Assembly: GCA_903831815.1 (NCBI GenBank)
Contig: CAIKZC010000001.1
Location: 20,188-84,187 of the forward strand
Source: an uncultured bacterium
Lineage (GTDB): Bacteria; Patescibacteriota; Minisyncoccia; Phycocordibacterales; UBA11359
DNA: 64,000 nt
Reading direction: 5' to 3'
Notes under the pieces: generated by a model
The model's input: the letters and a program-made list of their open reading frames with translations, nothing else
Databases searched by the model: none
What the model was told of the DNA's origin: nothing
Made by a program: the position numbers and the translations under genes
In this document: positions 19,177 to 28,435 of the stretch, piece after piece
Layout of the letters: each line of letters starts with the position of its first letter
Numbering within the stretch: position 1 is the first letter of the stretch

Positions 19177-20079
19177 TTATATTTGCTCAGGGATTGTGCT
19201 TGTCGCTTCTGCACAAGTATTGAATGTAGCCACTTGTTTATTGTATGAGGAAATTTTAGCTTTGAGATTGTTAACAAGCGTATTAAATTGCTTAACAGCA
19301 GAGTTGTACTGACCGACTTGGGCATTGTAATCCACGCCAAATTTTATCGTGGCGGAATCAATGGCCGTTTTTTGAGTAGCAAGAGATGATTCAAGATTAT
19401 TGACTTGTGTTTTTATTTTATTGATCGTGACTTTATCGGTCACAGAAGGTTGGGGACATGCTGTTATCGGTAAACCAAATTCCTGTACGGCAATCCATGT
19501 CGTTTTACCTTCAAACACACCCTGACCGACGGCAATTCCGATCTCACGATATCGAGGATTTAAAATATTGGCGCGATGTCCCGGACTTGCCATCCAAGCG
19601 TCGATCAAAGCTTGATCTCCATTGAAACTACCAAGCGCCAAATTTTCGCCTATAACGATATAATCATAGCCATTTTCTTTGGCCAAGTCGCTTGGTCCAA
19701 TGCCGGTTGGAGAAACGTGCTCAAAATATTGTTTGGAGAAAAGATCGTCGAGTTTCTGCTTAGCTATCACCGAAAGAGTGTCGTTCAAAGTCAGATCTTT
19801 AACACCTGCTTCATCACGGTTCTTATTGGTCAAAGCCAAAACGCCAACGTCGGTCAAAGGCTCGTGTAATTGACCAAAAACTCCACGCAGTGGCGGAGGG
19901 GTCAAAGAATCCGAATGAATCGTTTGTACGAAAAAATTGTTTGTCGCAGTTTCGAAACTTTTAATTTTTGAAGAAAAATCGAACTGTTGAATAAAAACCA
20001 ACGTCAACACAAACAAGACCGAAATCCCTGTAACGGTCCAAATGAAAGCTCGATGTGATTTTGGTTGGATCGGTTCCAT
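19177..20079 (-). CDS. CAP/SCP (PR-1-like) domain secreted protein with C-terminal coiled coil
   Basis: 300 aa, N-terminal TM/signal segment, CAP-domain motifs (YFEHVSPTG, GENLA, AWMASPGHRANIL). Confidence 0.65.
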   Translation of the reverse strand: MEPIQPKSHRAFIWTVTGISVLFVLTLVFIQQFDFSSKIKSFETATNNFFVQTIHSDSLTPPPLRGVFGQLHEPLTDVGVLALTNKNRDEAGVKDLTLNDTLSVIAKQKLDDLFSKQYFEHVSPTGIGPSDLAKENGYDYIVIGENLALGSFNGDQALIDAWMASPGHRANILNPRYREIGIAVGQGVFEGKTTWIAVQEFGLPITACPQPSVTDKVTINKIKTQVNNLESSLATQKTAIDSATIKFGVDYNAQVGQYNSAVKQFNTLVNNLKAKISSYNKQVATFNTCAEATSTIPEQI

Positions 20080-20081
20080 AA

Positions 20082-20858
20082 TTATTTTCCAAATTTTTTA
20101 ATTTCCACAAAAAGGAAAAGAGGTATTTCGCTGCGCATTCGATCTTCTTCTTTTTGACGTGGTCCGACTTGACTGCGCTTGTGAGAGATCCATTCTTCGA
20201 GACGAGTTATTACAAAACCAGTAGCCGAAAATAGTTTTGAATAATATTGTAGAGGTCGATGAAAAGAAACGGTAATCTGCTCAACATTCTGCCCTTTCGA
20301 TGAACCGGGCTTCATATCGATTTCCTCTTTTGATTCTCGTAAATATCCGTCAATACGTCTATATTGTTGACTTGTGACCTCATCAAATCCCCACGCTGAA
20401 CGCTTTGGTATCCTAAAAGCCGGGTGGTTCATTACTATATACACCGAACCGCTTGGTTTTAATACACGATTGACTTCCATAAGCATCGCCTTGACTTCAG
20501 CGATGTTTTGGATCGCCAAAACTATCGTTACCTTATCAAAATAATTAGAAGCGAAAGCAGAAAGATCATCAGCCGAAGAAATTCGAAAATCAATTTCCGG
20601 ATTATTTTTCTTGGCGATTGAAATGAGTTGCTTGCCAATATCAACGCCGATGACATTTTTTACTCCGACAATCTTACCAAAAAGTCCACTAAAAAAACCT
20701 GTGCCGCAAGCCAGATCTAAAACTTTTTCCCCGGGCCGGAGATCCATGAGACGAGTCAGATTTGGAGCAATAACTTGAGTTTGATAACTATCATTATCAC
20801 CTACCGCTGCCTCGTACCAAGTCGCAACGGCACCCCATGATGTATCTTTTTTCTTCAT
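20082..20858 (-). CDS. class I SAM-dependent methyltransferase
   Basis: 258 aa with SAM-binding motif I (VLDLACGTG) and the downstream acidic motif. Confidence 0.75.
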   Translation of the reverse strand: MKKKDTSWGAVATWYEAAVGDNDSYQTQVIAPNLTRLMDLRPGEKVLDLACGTGFFSGLFGKIVGVKNVIGVDIGKQLISIAKKNNPEIDFRISSADDLSAFASNYFDKVTIVLAIQNIAEVKAMLMEVNRVLKPSGSVYIVMNHPAFRIPKRSAWGFDEVTSQQYRRIDGYLRESKEEIDMKPGSSKGQNVEQITVSFHRPLQYYSKLFSATGFVITRLEEWISHKRSQVGPRQKEEDRMRSEIPLFLFVEIKKFGK

Positions 20859-20861
20859 GGA

Positions 20862-21134
20862 TTATTTTTTACCTTTCTGATGAAAATGAAATAGTTGTTT
20901 AAAATATTTAAAAATGGATTTTACTACGGCCCCCTCGGTGTGGATCAAAGTATGCAGATCTCGTAAGTCACCGGACAAAGAATCGCTACCCTCTCGAATC
21001 TTACTGGAAATATGCCGTAGGTCTTTCATGATATGAGCAACATGCCAAAGAATATATGCGACTATACCCGAAATAATGAACATCCAAATAGTTGCGAGAA
21101 AGAAGAAAACATCGGCGTGTATTAAGGTTGTCAT
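20862..21134 (-). CDS. small membrane protein (DUF948-like)
   Basis: ORF trimmed to the internal Met (MTTLIHADVFFFLATIWMFIISGIVAYILW...): one TM helix plus a charged coiled tail. Confidence 0.35.
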   Translation of the reverse strand: MTTLIHADVFFFLATIWMFIISGIVAYILWHVAHIMKDLRHISSKIREGSDSLSGDLRDLHTLIHTEGAVVKSIFKYFKQLFHFHQKGKK

Positions 21135-21190
21135 ACGCTCTAATATAGCATATTTCAAGTTTTTTTGAAAACAAATGGGCATTTTTACCC

Positions 21191-21223
21191 TGTGGACAAG
21201 TCTGTGGATAAGTCTGTGTACAA
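21191..21223. promoter_or_regulatory. three 12-bp direct repeats containing DnaA-box-like 9-mers (TGTGGACAA, TGTGGATAA, TGTGTACAA)
   Basis: Seen directly between divergent genes. TGTGGATAA is the exact reverse complement of the DnaA-box consensus TTATCCACA; its neighbours have 1-2 mismatches; the period is 12 bp. Confidence 0.3.
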
Positions 21224-21286
21224 ATTTACCACCCCAAAAATGAAACAACCTATACTAATCACCATTATTCATTAATAATAAAAAGT

Positions 21287-21958
21287 ATGCGCCTACTGAT
21301 CGTAGAAAATGACGAGAGTTTGACGGAGCAATTAAAAAAGAAACTTGAGTCGCAATCTTTTGCTGTAGATATTGCCAACAACGGAGATGACGGATCCTAT
21401 ATGGCTAGAGTTAATGATTATGATCTCATCATCTTGAGCGACATTTTACCAAAAAAGATGGGTAAGGAAGTTTGTAAAGACATAAGAGACGCCAACAAAA
21501 CCACTCCAATTATTGTCATATCCGAAACAACGAATATTCAAGAAAAAATTTCTTTTCTACATGAAGGAGCGGATGATCATATCATCAAACCATTTTCCTT
21601 CGATGAAATTCTGGCTCGAATTCAAATAATCCTGCGAAGGCCTCGAATATTGCACAAACCGGTACTGGATATCGACGTCGTTAAATTGGATAGCTACAGC
21701 CAACTGGTGACTCGCAACGAAAAGAGAATTTATCTGACACGAAAGGAGTTCGCATTGCTTGAATATTTGATGCGAAATAAGGGCGCAGTCGTTTCGCGCA
21801 GCATGATCATGGAACATGTTTGGGATGAAGAGACCGATCCGTTTTCCAACACTGTGGAATCGCATATTTTAAATCTACGCAAGAAAATAGACTCGAAACG
21901 CAGGCGTCTAATACACAACGTTCCGGGTCGTGGTTACAAAATTGATGTCTTAAAATAG
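21287..21958 (+). CDS. OmpR/PhoB-family response regulator, orphan, with atypical receiver (Ser at phospho-acceptor position)
   Basis: 223 aa with receiver plus winged-helix (…NVPGRGYKI). Alignment to OmpR places S (YDLIILSDILP) where the phospho-Asp sits (HLMVLDLMLP), and the acidic pocket is E-N-D instead of D-D-D. No histidine kinase in the window. Confidence 0.75.
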   Translation: MRLLIVENDESLTEQLKKKLESQSFAVDIANNGDDGSYMARVNDYDLIILSDILPKKMGKEVCKDIRDANKTTPIIVISETTNIQEKISFLHEGADDHIIKPFSFDEILARIQIILRRPRILHKPVLDIDVVKLDSYSQLVTRNEKRIYLTRKEFALLEYLMRNKGAVVSRSMIMEHVWDEETDPFSNTVESHILNLRKKIDSKRRRLIHNVPGRGYKIDVLK

Positions 21959-21962
21959 TAAA

Positions 21963-23255
21963 TTACGACTTTAAACTCTCTAAAATTTTCGTAAGACTTG
22001 CGGTGGCGACAGCTGTAACCGTATCTCCTGCCCCGTAATATATAAAAAGCTCATCCCCTTCGACAATGGCTCCACAAGGAAAAACCACTTCATTTACTTG
22101 ACCGTTTTTTTCGTAGGTCATTTTGGGTTCAAAAAGAAAACCTTTTGAACGTGCGATTACTTTATGAGGGTCTTTGAGATCAAGCAATACGGCTCCAATT
22201 CTATAAGTTATAGAATTATCGATACCATGGTATATGATGAGCCATCCATTTTTAGTTTTTATCGGTGAACATGAAAGACCTATTTTTCTACAGTCCCACA
22301 TTCCGACTCGTGGACCAAAGATCGGGGTCATTGTCGTAACCTCAGCATTGTCCCCAAGCGAAGAAATAGGATCCAAACAAACTGCATAATGCGTACGATG
22401 GATCAAATAATATTTCCCGTTTATCGTTTCCGGAAACAAACACGCATCTTTATCATTGATTTTTGGCGGAGTTACAATGACCGGTTTAGACCAGTTATTT
22501 TTTTTATTTATAAAATCTTTGACCGAAATATGAGTCAAAGCCACGCGCGGACAACCATCTCCGCAGTAAGCCGTGTAAACCATATATATCCTTTCACCGA
22601 TCTTTGTTAAACGCGGATCTTCGCAACCGGAATTCCCCGCTTTTGATTTCATCTCAAAATGAGCACGCGGAATATAAGCAGGTTCTTCCATTCTCTCTAA
22701 AATCGTAAAACCGTCTTTTGTGGTCGCGTGTCCGATAACAGAAGTATTATCCGAATTCATGGCTCGGTACAACAAATGCGTCACACCATCGATACGAATC
22801 GCCCCGGGATTAAAAACCGCCTTATTTTGCCAAGAAGAATTTTCAATTGGAGACAAGATCGGATTTCCTTCATACCTTTTAAATATTTCCCCCGTCTCAT
22901 TTTGCTTTTTTGAAATTCGCCCATAATGATCTTCCAAACGCACCACATCGTTTTCATCGAAGCGACCGAGCGCTATTTCCAAAAAAACCACATTATTCGT
23001 CGTGGCTTTAATGCGATGCTTAACTCTTTTGTCGATAAAAAATTCGTTGCCAGGATTTGCCGGAAATTCTTTTTCTCCGATCGTCACTACGGGATTACCT
23101 TGTATTATTTGCCAAAACTCTTGGCGATTCTCATGATATTGCAAACTCAAAGACTCACCGCTATTGACCGTGATCAATTTTACGGTTGAAGGAACTTCTT
23201 TTGTAAATCTCTCAAAAGAACCCCACGGACGCTTTTCTTTATAAACGTGGATCAT
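21963..23255 (-). CDS. cupin domain fused to glycoside hydrolase family 130 (mannoside phosphorylase-like) domain
   Basis: 430 aa. The N-terminal ~110 aa are cupin-like (RPWGSFERF...). The remaining ~320 aa match the GH130/DUF377 beta-propeller pattern. Confidence 0.65.
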   Translation of the reverse strand: MIHVYKEKRPWGSFERFTKEVPSTVKLITVNSGESLSLQYHENRQEFWQIIQGNPVVTIGEKEFPANPGNEFFIDKRVKHRIKATTNNVVFLEIALGRFDENDVVRLEDHYGRISKKQNETGEIFKRYEGNPILSPIENSSWQNKAVFNPGAIRIDGVTHLLYRAMNSDNTSVIGHATTKDGFTILERMEEPAYIPRAHFEMKSKAGNSGCEDPRLTKIGERIYMVYTAYCGDGCPRVALTHISVKDFINKKNNWSKPVIVTPPKINDKDACLFPETINGKYYLIHRTHYAVCLDPISSLGDNAEVTTMTPIFGPRVGMWDCRKIGLSCSPIKTKNGWLIIYHGIDNSITYRIGAVLLDLKDPHKVIARSKGFLFEPKMTYEKNGQVNEVVFPCGAIVEGDELFIYYGAGDTVTAVATASLTKILESLKS

Positions 23256-23288
23256 ATGATATACCGATATTATATCGCCAATTTTTAT

Positions 23289-24512
23289 TTATTCATAGCG
23301 CAAGGCTTGGATCGGATTGAGATTTGAAGCGCGAGCGGCCGGATAATATCCGAAAATTATTCCGATTGCAGCCGAAACTCCGAAAGAAAGCACTATTGAA
23401 AAGATAGAAATTTGAGCTTGAACAAGTCCAGTAAATGAAATCGCATAAGCCAATCCGATACCGAGTAAAACTCCGAGTAAACCTCCAACGAAAGTCAACA
23501 TCACTGATTCGACTAAAAACTGTAAACGAATATCTTTTTTCTTGGCACCAATTGCTTTACGCAAACCGATCTCTCGTGTTCTTTCGGTTACCGTCGTCAA
23601 CATCATATTCATGATGCCAATACCTCCAACAAGTAATGAAATTCCGGCAATCGAAGCAAGTAAATATGTGAGTGTTGTGGTAACCGAACTGGCCGTAGCC
23701 AAAATATCCGCCTGATTTAAAATTGTAAAATCTGCAGCCGTAGGATCAGAAATATTATGCAACTGCAAAAGCAAAGCCGTGACCTGATTTTGTGTTGCTT
23801 GAATATCAGAAGTGTTGTCAACCTGAATACTGATCGTCGACACGTGATTGTCTCCAACCAAATATTGTCCCGCTACGGAGATTGGAATATACACTCTGTC
23901 GTCAGTGTTATTAAATCCAGAACCGCCCTTGGGTGCTGTGACACCGATAACGGTAAATAGCACGCCTTTTATTCTGATAGTCTTTCCGATCGAATCACCA
24001 TTCACACCAAACAAATTGTCACGTGTTGTAGGACCTAGTACTGCTACTCGCGCCAAAGATTGCGCTTGAATGTCATCAAAAAACGATCCTTCTCCAACCG
24101 CAAGATTACGAACATTTAGATAAGAAGGGACTGTCCCTATCACCGACGTGTTGGTGTTGGTGCCGGAAGCGGTCACCTGCTGTCGTGTAGTAATATCCGG
24201 CGCGACGGCTTGAGCAGTCGATACTTGCGCCGCTATGGCATCGGCGTCAGTTTTTTTAAGGGTTAAGGAAGATCCGAAACCGCCGCTAACTGTGCTTCCC
24301 GGCGTGCGTTGTGCGCCCGGAGTAACCAAAAGTAGATTAGAGCCGATCGACTGAATGCTGGCTTGAATGGAATTAGTCGCGCCTTGCCCAACGCCGAGCA
24401 TTGTGATGACCGAACCGATACCAATAATTATTCCGAGAATGGTGAGGCCGGATCGGACTTTATTTCCGAGGAGTGCCGTTGATGTTTCGTGAAGGAGGTC
24501 TTTGATGGTCAT
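23289..24512 (-). CDS. ABC transporter permease, MacB/FtsX-like
   Basis: 407 aa: N-terminal TM helix, large extracytoplasmic domain, three C-terminal TM helices (FtsX fold). Confidence 0.8.
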   Translation of the reverse strand: MTIKDLLHETSTALLGNKVRSGLTILGIIIGIGSVITMLGVGQGATNSIQASIQSIGSNLLLVTPGAQRTPGSTVSGGFGSSLTLKKTDADAIAAQVSTAQAVAPDITTRQQVTASGTNTNTSVIGTVPSYLNVRNLAVGEGSFFDDIQAQSLARVAVLGPTTRDNLFGVNGDSIGKTIRIKGVLFTVIGVTAPKGGSGFNNTDDRVYIPISVAGQYLVGDNHVSTISIQVDNTSDIQATQNQVTALLLQLHNISDPTAADFTILNQADILATASSVTTTLTYLLASIAGISLLVGGIGIMNMMLTTVTERTREIGLRKAIGAKKKDIRLQFLVESVMLTFVGGLLGVLLGIGLAYAISFTGLVQAQISIFSIVLSFGVSAAIGIIFGYYPAARASNLNPIQALRYE

Positions 24513-25231
24513 AAAGTTGTGGGATGAACATAATCGGCATGACGCTTATGCAAATTTTTTTTATCACTTAAAATTTCGCCGTCTTTGATATGAATAATTC
24601 TATCGGCATGTTCCGCAACATCAAGTTCGTGTGTGATTAAAACAATCGTGCGACCTTCTTTTTCATGTAAATGTTGGAATGTGCCCAACACAATTTCGCC
24701 CGTTTTTGAATCCAAGTTTCCTGTCGGTTCGTCAGCCATTATCAGAGTCGGATTATTAACGAGCGCTCGAGCAATAGCCACACGTTGTACTTGTCCTCCT
24801 GATAGTTGATTGGATAAATGTTGCCATCGACTTTTTTCTAAACCAACCGATATTAGAGCTTCCGATGCCTGTTTTTCTCTATCTTCCGGTGAAGTGCCTT
24901 TATATACCAAAGGTAAAATAACATTTCGCATCACAGTAGACCTCGAAAGCAAGTTAAACGATTGAAAAACGAAACCGATCTTCCGTCCGCGAATATCCGC
25001 CAATTCATCATCGGAAAGTTTTGACACATCTTCGTCATCCAAAAAATAAGTTCCGTGCGTTGGTGTATCCAGCGCACCTAAAATATGCATCAGCGTTGAT
25101 TTACCGGAACCAGACGGACCCATGATAGCGACAAATTCGCCGTCTTTAATCGTGAAAGAAATGCCTTTCAACGCTTCGGTTTTCATTTCACCGTTTATGT
25201 AGACTTTTTTTATGTTATTACATTCGATCAT
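24509..25231 (-). CDS. ABC transporter ATP-binding protein (MacB/LolD-like)
   Basis: 240 aa with Walker A (GPSGSGKST), signature LSGGQ and Walker B (IMADEPTG); overlaps the permease gene by 4 bp. Confidence 0.85.
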   Translation of the reverse strand: MIECNNIKKVYINGEMKTEALKGISFTIKDGEFVAIMGPSGSGKSTLMHILGALDTPTHGTYFLDDEDVSKLSDDELADIRGRKIGFVFQSFNLLSRSTVMRNVILPLVYKGTSPEDREKQASEALISVGLEKSRWQHLSNQLSGGQVQRVAIARALVNNPTLIMADEPTGNLDSKTGEIVLGTFQHLHEKEGRTIVLITHELDVAEHADRIIHIKDGEILSDKKNLHKRHADYVHPTTL

Positions 25232-25237
25232 AGGATT

Positions 25238-27061
25238 TTATCCGCCGATTCTGCCACCACCTCCGCCGCCGGTTCTAACACCTCCTCCGCCAATATTAAA
25301 TAAAGAACCGGATCGGGTTGTGTTTGTTGAAGCGCTTGTAGCGCTACCGGTAATAGTTCTAACTACAATCGTATCGCCTTCATTAAGACCGGAAATAATT
25401 TCCGTGTTCGTTTCGTTTGAAATACCGACCTCAACAAATACGGGATGAACTTCAGCTGTTGTGGCTTGAGTTCCGGTATTTGTTCCGTTCTGACCGAACA
25501 TTCTTGCTCCATTTAACCTCCCTCTAGTAGATGATGCCGTCGACGTGCTTGTTGAAGATGTGAATGAAGTTGTTGTTGTCGCTCCGGCAGGCGCATTATT
25601 TGGCACCAAAACGACACTTCGATTTCCGACTTTTGTTATTGCCGTTGTCGGCACCATCAAAACATTTGGATGCGTTTGAGTTGTAATATTTACAGTGGAG
25701 GTCATGCCGGTTTTAAGCTGATTGTTTTGATCAACGATCCCGATCTGAACCGCGTAATTAACGACTCCTTGAGTAACGGTGCCTAGTGGATCCAAATAGC
25801 TTACCGTTCCTTGTAACGTAACATTAGGCAAAGCATCAAACGTTAAAGTCACAGGATCACCAGCCGCAACCTTGGCGGCATCAACTTCATTAAGAGAAAC
25901 ATTAACAACTTTTTGAGAAGTGATAATCGTGCCGAGAACATCTGATGAAGAAACCTGCTGACCGATCTGTGCAGTCAAACCTCCGATCTGTCCGTCAAAC
26001 GGTGCGGTAATAATTCTGCTGGCATAAGTTTGTTGCGCCGTCGCTAGATTGGCTTTGGCATTATCGAGTTGCGCTTGAGCGACCGCTACATCAGCCGGCA
26101 AGGATGTGACCGATTGATTTAAGGAAAGCGACGTACTCTTATATGACTGTAACGCACTCGTTATATCGTTAACTGCCGAATTGGCGGTTGTGCGCGCGAC
26201 TGAAGCTGTGTTTTTGTCCGCAGTTATATTGGAATCTCCGGTTGTAGAAACGCTCTTAGCTTCGTTAGTCAAAAGCATTGTCATGTCATCAAAATAATTT
26301 CTCACCGCAGTAAATTTCGTTATGGCATCATTGGCCAAGGCCACAGGATCTGAACTCGTCAAAATATTCTGACCGATATTTTTTAAAAAATCGAGAGTCG
26401 TGGCTATCCGCGTTCTTTCATCGCTAAGTTGGATCACTGGTGCAGTATCTTTAAAATACACGTCACTTATCGTGATCGTCGGATTGGTGGTTGGATCGGT
26501 GAAAAATGAATCGGTATTAATGTATACGGCGCTGGAAACACTTAGATAATCTGTCTGCAATTTAGTCGAAAGGTTTTGCAATGAATTTTGCAACGAAAGT
26601 TGGGCCGATTGAATTGAAGGATTATTTATCGACGAACCTGTTGCCGAACCGGAAGCACCTGCACCGACCAATTTATCATAATTTGCTTGAGCGCTGGCTA
26701 CGCTTGATCTCGCTTGATTGACAGCTTGAAGAGCGTTTAGACCATCAAGCACCGCGATGACATCGCCGGCTTTAACGGTTTGACCATTTATGACATTTAC
26801 CTTGATAATCTGTCCCAAAGTTTGTGTTTGACCTGTGGTTTTTGGCTTGATTTCTACTTTGCTCAAAGTCGAAACTTGACCCGTTCCGGAAACTGAAACG
26901 ACTAGATCACCTCGTTGAACCTTATTAAAAACATACTGTGTTGGAGTTGAAGAACCTCTAAAAAGAGTAAAAATATAGTATCCGATACCAACTAGAACTA
27001 TCGCGACAACAGTCGAAATTATTTTATGTGCGGCAATATACTTAAATATTTTTTTGGTCAT
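25238..27061 (-). CDS. HlyD/MacA-family periplasmic adaptor with Thr/Ser/Gly-rich C-terminal tail
   Basis: N-terminal TM anchor (MTKKIFKYIAAHKIISTVVAIVLVGIGYYIF), coiled-coil and barrel-sandwich regions, then a low-complexity tail ending GGGGVRTGGGGGGRIGG. Start set at the second Met; the ORF-track start is 27085. Confidence 0.7.
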   Translation of the reverse strand: MTKKIFKYIAAHKIISTVVAIVLVGIGYYIFTLFRGSSTPTQYVFNKVQRGDLVVSVSGTGQVSTLSKVEIKPKTTGQTQTLGQIIKVNVINGQTVKAGDVIAVLDGLNALQAVNQARSSVASAQANYDKLVGAGASGSATGSSINNPSIQSAQLSLQNSLQNLSTKLQTDYLSVSSAVYINTDSFFTDPTTNPTITISDVYFKDTAPVIQLSDERTRIATTLDFLKNIGQNILTSSDPVALANDAITKFTAVRNYFDDMTMLLTNEAKSVSTTGDSNITADKNTASVARTTANSAVNDITSALQSYKSTSLSLNQSVTSLPADVAVAQAQLDNAKANLATAQQTYASRIITAPFDGQIGGLTAQIGQQVSSSDVLGTIITSQKVVNVSLNEVDAAKVAAGDPVTLTFDALPNVTLQGTVSYLDPLGTVTQGVVNYAVQIGIVDQNNQLKTGMTSTVNITTQTHPNVLMVPTTAITKVGNRSVVLVPNNAPAGATTTTSFTSSTSTSTASSTRGRLNGARMFGQNGTNTGTQATTAEVHPVFVEVGISNETNTEIISGLNEGDTIVVRTITGSATSASTNTTRSGSLFNIGGGGVRTGGGGGGRIGG

Positions 27062-27085
27062 AAGGTACACTATCTTAAGATACAT
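27062..27085 (-). promoter_or_regulatory. conserved leader motif ATCTTAAGATAGTG(N3-4)CC(Y)T immediately upstream of start codon (copy 1 of 3)
   Basis: On the coding strand, ...ATCTTAAGATAGTGTACCTT ATG lies directly 5' of the adaptor-gene ATG. Near-identical copies sit at 52268-52287 and 60707-60727. Confidence 0.45.
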
Positions 27086-27167
27086 ATGTTAATAGGGACA
27101 CTAAATAATGCTTTATCTATGTTTATACAACCACAACACGTTTTTATTACAAAATGTTATTCTTCTA

Positions 27168-28289
27168 TTACCTATTACTTGCACCCACAGCTTCGGAGAT
27201 ATTTTTGAAACCGTCTCTTTGTAAAAATTCCGCAAGACCGCGATTGATCTCACCGATAAGTTGTGGACCTTCAAATATCATGCCGGTGATGATCTGAAGT
27301 AATGACGCGCCAGAAAGAATTTTTTTGTAAGCATCTTCGGCACTAAAAATTCCACCAACTCCCATAATAATAAATTTTTTGCCGGTTTTTTTGTAAATAT
27401 ATTTGATCATTTCATTAGAAAATTCTTCAACCACTTTTCCGCTGAGTCCGCCTTTATCGGTCGGCAATTCGTCAACAATCTTACCTTTACTTGCCATCAG
27501 GTCTCGATCTTTTGTGAGATTAGTACAAATAAAACCGTCTACATCATATTTTTCGGCCAGTATAATAATTTCGTCGATTTGTTTTGTTGAAATATCCGGC
27601 GGCATTTTTAGAAAAATCGGTTTGGTTTTTGGCAGAGCATAAATTTCTTTGAGCAAAAATTCCAAGCGTTCTGAATCAGTAAAAGGCTGACCGCCAAAAG
27701 CATTCGGACAACTAATGTTTATTGTGAAATAATCTCCAATATCTTGAAAAGCTTTGTAAACTTTTAGATAATCGGCAATCCCCGCTTCCGTTTCCACAGT
27801 GTTTTCACTATTTGTTTTGGCAATACTGACACCGATCGGAAAATTAAATTTTTGTCCTTGCAAACGTTTAGAAATTTTTTCGGCGCCGTCATTTTTGAGC
27901 CCGTAATAAACAATGAGAGACTCTGATTTTGGCAATCGCCACAAACGCGGCTTTGGATTTCCTTCACAATACTCACCTGTTATGGAACCGATTTCTTCAA
28001 ATCCAAATCCAACCGAAGGTAAAATTTTAGTCAGTTCGGCATTCTTATCAAATCCCGTCGCCAAACCAATCGGATTTTTGAAATTTATACCAAGGATCGT
28101 TTGCTCCAAAATAGAGTTTTTATAATTAAATAAAAAACCGGTTATTTTTCGCATCAAAGCAAACTTTCCCAACATTTTTCCAAAAGCCAGCATGCGGTCA
28201 TGCACCTTTTCCGGATCCTGTGCAAAGAAAATCGGCTTCAAAATATGCTTGTATTTCCAACGTATAATGTCACTTTTGAAAGATTTCAT
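27168..28289 (-). CDS. pyrD: dihydroorotate dehydrogenase (quinone), class 2
   Basis: FMN/substrate motifs GLATGFDKN and GFGFEEIGSIT plus a class-2 N-terminal extension. Start set at the ATG at 28289; the ORF-track GTG at 28322 would overlap the upstream palindromic element. Confidence 0.85.
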   Translation of the reverse strand: MKSFKSDIIRWKYKHILKPIFFAQDPEKVHDRMLAFGKMLGKFALMRKITGFLFNYKNSILEQTILGINFKNPIGLATGFDKNAELTKILPSVGFGFEEIGSITGEYCEGNPKPRLWRLPKSESLIVYYGLKNDGAEKISKRLQGQKFNFPIGVSIAKTNSENTVETEAGIADYLKVYKAFQDIGDYFTINISCPNAFGGQPFTDSERLEFLLKEIYALPKTKPIFLKMPPDISTKQIDEIIILAEKYDVDGFICTNLTKDRDLMASKGKIVDELPTDKGGLSGKVVEEFSNEMIKYIYKKTGKKFIIMGVGGIFSAEDAYKKILSGASLLQIITGMIFEGPQLIGEINRGLAEFLQRDGFKNISEAVGASNR

Positions 28290-28312
28290 GATTACAGTAT
28301 ATAACAAAAAGT

Positions 28313-28409
28313 AAAAAGACACTCGCAGGGTACCTTGCGCAGCGCGACTGGCGCGAGCGGAGCGGACGGCCAGTAGGCCGGAACGCGTGCATCCCTAGAG
28401 TGTCTTTTT
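28313..28409. other. GC-rich (~68% GC) 73-nt core closed by a perfect 12-bp inverted repeat (AAAAAGACACTC ... GAGTGTCTTTTT); candidate structured leader/attenuator or bidirectional terminator
   Basis: Seen directly. Strong compositional contrast with the flanks, internal GC hairpins (CGCAGGGtaCCTTGCG, GGCCagtaGGCC), and A-run/T-run flanking symmetry. It lies 24 nt upstream of the pyrD ATG. Confidence 0.35.
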
Positions 28410-28435
28410 GCTTTTTGTTTCCTACTTTCTAGTAT

